A DNA stretch of 64,000 bases from an uncultured virus (IMG/VR IMGVR_UViG_3300009593_000016) (taxonomy: Duplodnaviria; Heunggongvirae; Uroviricota; Caudoviricetes): positions 1 through 64,000 of IMG/VR virus record IMGVR_UViG_3300009593_000016. One strand, written 5' to 3'. The translations under genes and the position numbers were made by a program. Below, piece after piece: positions 39,201 to 51,200 of the stretch (positions are counted from its first letter, which is position 1; every line of letters begins with the position of its first letter). The notes beneath the pieces are model-generated. The model was not told where the DNA came from and searched no databases. It saw nothing but the letters and a program-made list of their open reading frames with translations.

Positions 39201-42200
39201 CAAGAATATCAGCAGCATCTAGTGCTTTATCAGTACCAGTGTATGCTTTAGGATCTTTAACGATCTGATCATCACGATGAACTGCCTCATCAGACCACTG
39301 CATCTGATAATAATCAGAGAAATCAGCAGCAACATCAGCAGGGTTCTCGTTTCTAGCGATTAAGAGGTTACTAATTGCCTTTTCAGCCAACATTTTGGCA
39401 AACTCGATAGCATCGAGCATAGGAAGTAACTCATCTTCAACGTGATTGATATTATCTTGATTATCAATATAGTAATCAATCTGAGCATTTGTCTGATTGT
39501 TACCACCAGTTAGCAAGTCACCAGAAATAGCAGGTAAAATATGATCCCTAAGGTCTCTTACACACTTATTTCTATCAGGGATTTGTAGCTTCTGATCCTG
39601 ACTGAATCCAACAGTAATGTTATATTTGTTTTCGATATGGTAAACTGCTTCATCAGCAATTACCTTTCTGTTAAAGTATATTAAATCAGCACCATCTCTG
39701 AATCTTTGTCCTGTAGGACCGAGAAGATCTAATAGATCAGAAATCAGATTATTAATAAAATCTTGTACAGGTTGTGATGCAGGAGTTGCGAAGTAGTTAG
39801 GAACACGTACTCTAGTCGAATATGTACCAGTTAGAGTAGTCTCATCCTGTGTAATAACATCAATACAGAGTTTTGCAACCTCACCCCAAGTGTAAATTGA
39901 TTGTAGAACTTCACCATTAATATGCTGTAGAGCACCAGATCCTGTTAGATATGCTCTTGCCTGTACAACAGTGTTATAGTTACCACCATCAATAAGGTCT
40001 TGAATAATAGCAGGAATAATATACTCTCTAGTATCACGTAAACATACGTTAGTACCATAATTAGATTGTCCACCATCACCAGGGATGATAAAGTCTGGAT
40101 ATCTAACCTTCAGACGACCAACTGCTTCTTCAGCAATCCAGTCACGGTTCTTATAGATGATATCAGCACAATCTCTATATTCTGATCTACCTAAGTCAAC
40201 ACCCTCACATTGCAATTCTTGTTCGAATAGTTCAACGTAATCAACGTCTGCACTAGAAATAGTAGTAGCAACCCAGTTAGCATAGATGGCACCAACTTCT
40301 AAAGGCATTGGTGCGTCACCAAGAAGTGCCCAAGAGATAGTATTATCATTAGTAGGATAAACTACGGGGGCATTAAAGGTTCCAGAGTACTGGGCGATTC
40401 CTTTGCGGATAATGATACTATCAATGTTACCTGCGAAAGTATCACCAGCATTCCAAGAAGAACCTATTCTAATAGTACTATCAGTGTAATTATTAGTATC
40501 AGTGTAGTTAGCACCAACCTGAACACCAGCAACAAACAGTTTAGTTACGCTGGAGGAACGAGATAGTGCAAAATGATACCAAGCATCAGCAGCACCTATT
40601 TGAGCAGAACTGATTTGATCGGTTCCTGCAATAGCAAGCTTGATACTAGTACCAGAAAGTAAAACTTGTACCTTGGTATCAGAAGTAGATCCACGAAGAT
40701 CTATTAAAGTCTGAGTACCAGCAACTGTTGAAGGTCTAAACCAACCTTCAATTGTATAATCACCAGTACCAAAAGCAACCTTATCACTTGATGGATATAG
40801 TAAATTGGTAGCAGTTCCACTAAATGCTAGTGATCCAGTACCAGTTCTAAAGATTAATGAGTCTGCTACAACGTTAGAGTTGGTAATCTTAGAGTTAGTG
40901 ATGTATTCATCAGCTTGGAAGACACCAGTAACATCCTTAGAGTAGATCCACTTGTTACCAGCATTAGATCCAATAACATCGAATGATGCACCAGATGTTA
41001 CACCCTTAACGTTATCTTCAAATACGAAGAATCCACCAGATGACTTACCCTTATAAGCGTGCTTAGTACAACGAATTGTCTCTTCTTGGAACGCATAAGG
41101 AGGTTCAACACGAGATACATTACCAATAGACCACTGATAAGTAGCAGGATCAGCGAATGTAGGATCTTGTAAAGTATCTGTAATTATGTTGATGAAACTT
41201 GTAATTGCAGATGACTGGTTCATACATCCATTTACATATCCAGTCTTAGCAGTAGATGGAACAGTATTTGTATAAGCAGCTTCAAATGTTGCAACGGTTC
41301 CAGGAGATGCAGTAGTACCAAGTCCAGCGATAATGATATCGCACAAAGTACCAATAGTTGATGCTACACCGTTACAAACAGGTGATCCAGTATCAACAGT
41401 GATTCCACTATCAGTTACCTGAACCCAACCGTGTGAACTATCTGCTTTAGCAACAGCAACGTTCTTCATAATATCAAGTGCCATAGCCTTCGCTTTAGTG
41501 TAAGCGTGAACCATAGTATCAATATCACCAGTTACAGTACCGTACTGTACAATTCTATGACCAGCTTCATAGATGAAGTTATTACCACCGTGAGCAGTGT
41601 TATATGCTAATGCTTCAATAACATCTACTACGTCAGATAAACAATGAACATCTCCACCAGTTACGTTATAACCTGGGTTCTGCTGCTTGGCATAGTATAA
41701 AGATTCGTGAGCAATATACCACTTGTTAGCAAGAAGTAAAGATCTAGCGTCAGCGTGACTGTTATCTACAGGATCATACTCATTAGTAACAGTAGGATCT
41801 CTATATTGCTGTATTCCAGTGTATAGTGCAGTATGTACTTCATTACGGATACACTTAATCATTAGATCACGTGCAGCATTCATTGTATAGACAACTTGAG
41901 GTACTTCACCATCAATATGGTAAATTACTCCACTTTGAACATACTTGTATGCAGTATCCCAAACTTCAGAGTTACCATCGTACTCTAACTGCCAAGCAAT
42001 AACATTACAGATATCAACGATGTCATCGTGGCAATCTTTGTCGTGGTTTAGACCAGGAACGGTAAATGAAGGATAGTAATTCTTCATAATACCTACTGCT
42101 TCCTCAGCAATGAATAAAGCATTCTTACGTAGAAGAACAGCAGCATCATAGGAACGGTTATCGTGTACCGTTCTCATTGAAGAGTTAGCAAAGTAAAGCT

Positions 42201-45200
42201 TCTTATTTCTAATTGAGTCGCCAATAACGAACTGAGAACCCTGTAAGTTCTTATATCTAATTTCTTGGTTCCTTACTTCTTCAAAGTCAAGGAAATCTTG
42301 GTTATTTGCTGTCTCACTGTATAGTTCAGTTGGATTAACAACAGTTTCAGAGATATTATCAAGAATCTTATTAGGGAAGGTAATTGAAGGTACTCTCTGG
42401 AATACTAGACCAAAGAAGAATGATGGAGGTGATAAGTCAACAGTATCAATGATTTGCTGTGTATTATCATCTTGATAAGGTGCAATAGTAGTAATTCTTG
42501 CACATATCTTAGAACGTGCAGAATATACAATGTCATTGTACTTAAGATCAAACTCACCAGTTTCAAACTCAGAAGTACCAGATGTACGAGAAACAACTAA
42601 GTCAGTAGTTACAGTACCATCTATTAGGTTAGTTTCTTCAATAACTGCGAAATCAGGGATAGTATCAAGGTTTGTGATTGTTTCACCCTGTTCAAAGATA
42701 GTATTGCTAGTAAGTGGAGTTACAGAAGCTAAAACACCATCAAAACCAGTTGCAGAAGATAAAACATTATCATTTGTCAAGAATGAACCTGATATATCAA
42801 CAACATCAATAGAATCTACAAGTGAGTCAATTACAATAGCTGTACCTTCATTCTGAAGACTACGTACAATCTTACCTGCAGGAGGGAAGATACCACTAGT
42901 AGAACTAAAGGTAAAACGAGTAATATTAATCTGACTGAAGCCTATTTCACGGAATTTGATCCTAGAAGGTGCTTTAGGTGGTTCATCAAATACAATACTA
43001 GGTCCAGAAGTAGTAAATGATACTCCAGGAGACTGTGCAATACCATTAATCAGAATCATCATCTGATCATCAGTTGCTGTGATTGATTCACCCTCAACAG
43101 TTAGAGGGAACTGGGTTTTAATCCCATCAAAATCATCAGAGATATTATCAAGTTTCTTAACGATAGAAGTTAAGATTTCCTCTGAGTTAGTCAGTCTCTT
43201 CTGTCTGAACAGTACCTCAGTATTGTTGAACTGAGTGTATATTGGTTGTGCGTTAGCAAAAGAGGTAATCTTATTAATATTAGTTGCACTAAAGATATTA
43301 ACTTCCTTAACTAGGTCAGAAACGACCTTTCTTCCTGAAATATCCTTACCACCAGTAAGTGCTAGTTCACCAAACATATTGAAACCAACTGGGTGGTTAG
43401 TTTCAAGGATTGACTTCCTCCAACTATTAATAGGTGTCTGAGACTTAATAACGTAAGAGAAGTTCTGATAGAAGTAAGAGTCTTGGATCTTCTGTACAAT
43501 TTCAGATGGTTTACCAACGTCATCGATAAATTGACCAGTAGTTGTTGTTAAAGCATCAATATTCAGTGTACCCTTAGCGATTGATAGATTATCAATCAAA
43601 CCAGATGCACGAGATACCTCACCAGTTACCCTCTCACCAATAGTCCAATTACCTGTATAGTTCTCAAGTTTAAGAATTCTAGGTCCAATCTGCCATCCTT
43701 GGTTCTCAGAAACATATCCTACAGCAGATGCAGTTTCAATAAAACTTCCTTGATAAACCTTTTCACCTTGTAAGAAACGAGAAGTTTCTACAACAGCTGT
43801 TGCTTTACCACCGAATACCTCGGTTAGTAGTACCTGTCTACCATCACCCTGTGTTAAGAAGGTAATGAAGCTACCAGATTCAGCATCAACAGGGGTTAGT
43901 GCGATCCTTAACTGGTCTGGTTCAAGTGAATTTGCCTCACCAGCAATAGCATAATAAGTAGTGTTCTCACTTAAACTGATCAAACCTGCAGAAGCTGGTT
44001 TTGGTAGGATACCTACAGTAGATCCAAGGTCTTCTGCACGTAAATTAACAGCAGCACCGTTTGTGATACCGTGTGGGAAGTTAAACTGTAAATATCCTAA
44101 GTCAATGTTAACAACGTAGTTAAATTCTGATTTAAGGGTAACTATTGGTTCAGAACTGTATCCTGAGCCTGGTTCCTTAACTTGAATCTCAGAAAGACGA
44201 TTATTCTTAACAATCGCTAATGCTTCAGCACCTATACCTCCACCACCTTCAATTACAACACGAGGAACGCTAGTATATCCAGAACCTGGGTCAGTTATTT
44301 TAATTTCTGTTAGAATAGCGGTATTAAATAACTGAAGGTTCACAGGGAAAGTTATTTCAGGTCTCAACGTATAGTCGTGAGAGTACCCGAAACCAAATTC
44401 GTTGTTCTTCAGTTTCTTAATCTTACCAATGCTTAGACCTTGTAAGAATACAGATGCACCTGATCCTTCAGCAGGAATGATAACATCTAATACTCCACCA
44501 GAACCTTGTAGTAAACTACCTAATATTCCAGGAATACCATCAATATCTACAGATGCAAAGGTATATCCCTTACCAGCAGATATAAGTTCTACTCCAGTAA
44601 TAACACCTTCTAGGTCACCATCATCAGCAACTGTGATGTTACATAGAGCACCTTCACCGTCTCCAGCGATAGGAACGTTGAAATAGGTACCATTTACATA
44701 CTCAGTACCACCAGAAGTTATCTTAATCTTCTCAATTTCTCTGTTTGAAGCAATATCAGTAACAATTGGTAGTTTCTGATAGAATCCACCTGGGTTTACC
44801 AGTTTAATAGATGAAATAGGACCAACTGCCTTAACAGAAGTGGTAGAGTATGATGATCTTGGAATACCAACCTCAGTGTTACCTAATGGTGCAGTTGTAT
44901 TCTCTGGCTCACGAAGTAATGGGAATTTAAACTCCTTATCGTCTGGTACACTAGAAATTGTAAATATACCCTTATATGGAGTCTGAACAACGTCAATAAA
45001 GGAATCTATACCAACTGGATTATCATTAACACTTGTTCTTGAAGGGTCAAAGTAGTAAGAAATATTAGTTACAGCGTCTGTAACCAAGAATTTAACCAAT
45101 GGAGTAGGTGAACTCTCATCAGTCATACCTGGTGTACCTTCTCTAATGATGTTTGTGAATGGATATTCTAGTTTATACTGATTATCCTTAGAGAAACTCA

Positions 45201-48200
45201 AGAAATATCCTGCGTTTGAAGTGTCATCAAGGTCAAATACGTACTGATGACCTCTTACAAAGAGTAATTTAGGATGTTTTGCGTAAATATTGACACTAGC
45301 AATCACACCTTGACTGAATACAGGGTCTTGAATCGCTGTAGATCTCAATCTATAGGTAAATTGCCTTGAACTGAACAGTTCTTCAACAAAGAATGAACCA
45401 TTATACTCATTTGTGGAGAATCCTTCGACAAATATGATCTCATTTGTTTCAAAATTGTTCTTAGTAGTAGCATTAGCAAATACTAAGTCGGTATATGTTA
45501 GTGCACCTGTAGGAATAATGTCCTTATCAAGGTTAGCAGTCAGTTTAAACTCTTTAACACCAACTAAATTACCAAATGTTGCTATATTTCCTGTCGCATC
45601 AACACTAAATGTTAGACCAACAGCATCAGCATCGATGATATCACCCTTAATGTAGGTAGAATCTTCATAAATCTCCTCAATCTTGATGATATAATCAGAT
45701 CCAGAGAATGCTTTCCACCTAGCAAACTGATCTAATGTACCACTACTATAAGAAGTATTAACTAAATCAACATCAAATGATCCAGCAACTCTGGTATATA
45801 CCCAGTTTACGGTACCATCAGAGACAGTTCCTACATTATGTACAGGAGCAGTAGCACCAGAAGTACCAGCACTAGATGCTGTATAGATCTTTCCAGCGTT
45901 ATATACTTCATCACTGACAGCATATACAGTATTTGTAGTCCACTGAGGAATAGTGGTTGTTACTGTAAAGTCATATGCAATGACGTTGATGTCATTTCCA
46001 GTAGATTTAATTAGTTTTGTAGTATCAAATGTACCAACAATATTACCAATCTTACAATTATTAGTTCCAGCTTCAACAATGGTACCGTATGCACTAATAA
46101 CATCAGCTCCACCAATTACAGAATATTGTTGTAATCTATCACCTTTAGTGAAGGTAGCATTCTGATTGAATGTAATAGTCTTAACAGCGTCAATAGTAGT
46201 ATACTTGGCATCTCTTAGGTAGAACTTAGGAATAACTGTTGTTGACATCAACAGTTTCTTACCATTTGGAGTAGGAATGGTTGCTGTTCTAGTAGCATAA
46301 GGTTCATCAGTAGAAGTGAACGTATATGAACCTTCAACGTTGTTTGAGATAACATCAGCATAATCAAGGATCTGAATACCAGCAGGACCCAATACCCAAT
46401 CATTTGATGTGGTAGCAAGGGCATTAAAGGTGAAATCGTTGATGGCAGCGGCGTTTGTTACCTGAATACCTGTCTCTACGTTATTGAGAGTAAAGGTTCC
46501 AAGTTTTGTCTGATCCTTATCAATCTTGTAAGTAAATGCGTGAGTAATCTTTGTGCTACCAACTGCCTGAGCAGGAGTGAAGTTAGCATCATATTTGGTG
46601 ACAGTAGATATTGAAAGGTTATCTAACCATCCACCAACAGATGTTGTTGTAGCAGGAGTCTCTAAACCAAGAACAATTGCTTTCTTAATAGCAGTGTTAA
46701 CTGTTGTACTGGTATGAGAAATCTCTTCGTTACCGTTAATATACACTTTATAAGTGTAATTACCAACACCAATGTTCTGCTTAACGTATGCTACGTGTAC
46801 AAATGCTTCTGCAGCAAATCTAGTCCAGTTAGTAGTTGTAGTGGAGAAATATGTACCTGATCCAACATCTATACTTAACTTTCCAAAGTTAGGACTTGTA
46901 GAATCACCATCTACAGACAATACAGTTGCATCACCAGTATTAGGTGTAATTTTGAATAGAGTTGGTTTGGAAGACTGTGCATTGTACTGTGACTGTCCAA
47001 TAGCAATATATCCTTCAATTGTCCAATCTGTACCTTGATCAGCAGCCCAATCAATCTCTAAAGCGTTGGCAGCAGCAGTTGTTGCAACTGAACTGTTACC
47101 AAACTTGGGTTTTGCATTATCAAGTGCTTCACCTGTACCTTTCCAAGCAATAGTTGAAATATCGTTATATGTGTCATCACCACTAACATCTGTATCAAAG
47201 TTTAGGATTGCAATCTCATTTGCTTCTACTTTGTTACCAACAACTATAGTATCAGCAGAACTATCATTAGTAATAGCAATAGGATGGAATCCAATACCAG
47301 AAGTCTCCTTAACAGAAGCTGCTGTTATAACATTATCGGTATTCCAAGAAACCTTCCAAGCAATAATACGGTTATCATTGAATGCATATCTAACATAAGC
47401 ACCAACATCAATGTTACCAAAGAGGTCAAATTTAACTCCAGTAGATTGAATTTCTTCAAATGCTGTATTTGGAGCAAATAATTTCTGTGCAGCAGGTGTT
47501 TGTAAGTTAGATGAAAGGAATTTCCAATATGCAACACCAGCAGTCTTACCAGTAGCTACAGTAGTAGCAGTAGCTGTAATGTATACAGTACCATAATCAT
47601 CTACAGTTAATTTTGGATTAGAGTACCTATAGGCAGTATTGGAGAATTTACGAGTCCAATTAACCTCAATAGTGGCACTATCATAGTATGTTTCACCAAA
47701 TATGATATTACCAGAACCAGTAGGATCCTCAATACCAACAAACAATACCTTATTATTACCAATAAATTTAATATCATTTAACTGCTCATCACCAGCAGCA
47801 GAAGCAATCTTACGTTTTTCTTCTAAAGCACCATCAGTATTCAACAAACCAATCCACATATCACTTGGATTTGGAGAGTTTGTATCAGTAGTACCAGCAA
47901 TATATAAGTATCCGTTAGAATCTAAATCAACTGAAGAAATATAGTCTCTACGAGTAGATCCAGATATACCAGCAAGTTCTCTCTGCCACTTAATTACAGC
48001 AGTTGGATTGTTGTTTGCATCAAATCCTGACTCAAACTTAGCAACAACAAGATCTGGGTTGTAAGCAAGGTTTGCTGTATGAGGAATAGTTTCACCAACA
48101 ACGTATATTGTATGAGGATTAGTATTAGCAACGTGAATACTATTAAATACACACCTCTTATCACCTGCAGCAGGTTGAATAGGTAACATTGTACGTGTCC

Positions 48201-51200
48201 ACAGCAATCTACCATCACTGTTAAACTTAGCAATCATACCTGCTGAATCACCAGTAGAATCATCTGCTTCACCTACAACGTAGAAAGTACGATCATCAGC
48301 AATGGCGACATCTTTAATTTTTGTTACAGTGGTATTCTCTTTCAAGAATGACAGTGCATATGCAGCTTTCTTATACCTTTGTGGGTGACTGACGCGAATC
48401 TCTGGTGGAGAATCCTTATCATATGCAGAACCTGAGTTTATAATGTTAACCTTATTAACCGCACCAGACTCTTCTCTTACAATATTAAGTTTGAAATCTT
48501 GACCTTGACCACTAATAATCTCGTATGTAGGTGGAATATCCTCTGAATATCCTAATCCTTGCTGTAAAACATCAATTCTTTCAACACCAGCAACAACCTT
48601 TACCTTAAATGTCTTATTAGTTGAATCGATTTGAGGTATACTTTCAACAATAACCTCATCACCAGCTCTAAGATCGTGTTCTTCAGTAGTTGTTATTGTA
48701 CCGAAAGATACGTCATTTTCTAATGTGGAACTGTAAGATAGGACATCTTGTCCCTTAACTGACTCAACTTTAGCAGAAGCACCATATCCACCAGTGTCTG
48801 TATTGTCAAAATATAGTTTATCAGTAACTTTATAAGAGGTACCTGGGTTCTCAACAACAAATCCACTAACTTTAGCGTCTTCAAACTTGGTAGTAGTCTC
48901 AACTTCAATATCAACCTGTGATCTAGTAGAGACTCTAGGGTAGTAATCAAATAATTGCAGTACAGGTTCTTCCGAGATGTATGTTAAAGCAACCGCCTCT
49001 TCTGCATCTAAGATACCATCTTTGTTTAAATCTTCAAGTTCAAATACAAATTCTTCACCGAACTCAGTTACAAGAGTATCAGTTGCCTTATTTGGTTGAC
49101 GCTCAATATCAATGTCAACATCCTCATAAGGATCACGGAATCTAACAACACCTGAAGGAATATTAGTCTGTATAGCATCTTGACTATAGTTCCACTTATC
49201 AGGTACTGAGTATAGTTGAGGACCACAAACATAAGGGAATACAGGTAAACCTGCTTCAGATGCATCAATAGAAACGAAATAAGCATACACACCTTCTGGG
49301 TATTGAGGTGTCTTACAATATCTACCGTTATATTGGTCTAAATCACCATTTTGGAAGACATATTCATAGTCTTCAATGAATGTACCAGCAGCATACTCAC
49401 TTAACAAAGGACCATCAGCACGAATTGGAGTTGGGTTCGTTGCTTCGTCATATATCAATGCTAATTTAATTCTATAAGAAGATACAATCCTTTTAATACC
49501 AGAAGACTGATCATCTGCTTTAATGTACCCATAAGGACCGTAAATTGGGTTTCCATCAAATGACCAACCTATAATTGGTGAGTGTGATAATCCAGCATCC
49601 AATTCTCTAAGATTGCCTGTAGCAGGATCTCTATAGACATTATCACCAAGAACAAATCTTAATTGTTTAGGATCGGATACGTGTGCGTATTCACCACCAT
49701 ACTGAGTGTTATATCCAGCAAATACGTATCCTCTAGCAGGGTCTAAGTTACCATATTGCTCTGTTTCTAAGTTCTTAGTCCACTCAAATACATTTGCAGT
49801 AAATGTGGCAAGTTCACCAACTGCTTCTAATCTAATAGTTGTTGTACCAGTATTATATCCAACACCACGGTTTTCAACGGAAACAGTAAGTACCTTACCT
49901 TTATCTTCTCCACTAGTACCAATAGTTGCTTTACCAACAGCACCATATCCTTCACCATTAATAATAACTTTTGGAGGTGAAGTATATCCATCACCAGAAG
50001 CAATAACAGCGATTGAAACAATACGACCGTTAATAACGATTGGTTGTGCAACAGCACCTTCACCAGAGTTCAGTTTGATTGTTGGTGAAGAAGTATATGA
50101 TTGTCCTGCATTAGTGACTGCAATGCTCTTAATAGGACCACGTACAGCAGCACTTGCAGTTGCACCTGCTCCATCACCACCAGATATAGAAACTAGTGGT
50201 TCTGAAGTGTACTCTTGACCAGGATCTCCGACAAGAATCTTAGTTACTACACCATTAGTAATAACAGCAGTAGCAGTAGCACCAAATCCACCACCACCTA
50301 CAATACTAACAAGAGGACTAGAAGTGTACCCAGTACCACCTGAGGTGACATCAATTTCATATAGTGAACCATTTACTACAACAGAAGCAGCAGCACCAGC
50401 TCCACCACCACCTGTAATTTCGATAGCAGGAGTCGCTGCAGCGTCATATCCTTTACCAACATTGGTAATATCGATACCTGTAACACCACCATACTTAATC
50501 TTGCTCTCAGACTTATAAGACCAAGCAGCAACACCATTAACCCAGGTACCTATAGGTCCAAATTCAGTTAAGGGACGTTCTGATACAGTTTCTACTATTC
50601 TTGGAATTCTACTTAATTTTCTTTGGTTACCTGGAATTAGGGCAGATCCTATGAAAGGTCCAACCTTATAGTTTGGTATACCAGTCGTTGCAACATAAGA
50701 ATAGTTGTCATTGAAGAAAACATTCTGTATATTGGTAGTAAAGTCTTTTATAGTACCACTAATACTCTCAACATCAGACTTACCTCTGTTCAAGTCAACT
50801 GACATCAAGATATTACCCTGTGGAGGGTTCGGTGAAGGAGCCTCTATCTGATAGGAGAACGTAGTAGCATTAATACGTGATGTTACTTCAAACGTACCAT
50901 TGAAGATCGTTGGGTTAGCACCATAGATGGTTACAGCATCTCCAACTAACAAACCGTGATTATTAACGCTATAAACGGTTGCAGTCTGATTATTCAGACC
51001 ACCTGGCTCAATATTAGTAACTGAGATCAGTTTCTTGACGTTATAAAGCCAAGATGTTATCTTTTTATCAGTAGTAGAAGAACCAAGCGATGCAACGTTT
51101 AGTTTATCACCAGCCAAGTAATAAGAACCAGTGTCAGACAGAACGGTTCCAGTTGCTTCAGCAATACCCAAAATACGAAGTTTTACTTCAGTATCAAGCC

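Noticed and set aside
6589..50518. Many plus-strand ORFs (e.g. 7327-7875, 8770-9453, 18725-19222, 49706-50218)
   Set aside because: Antisense shadows of G/T/A/V-rich minus-strand genes, with no independent signals or motifs
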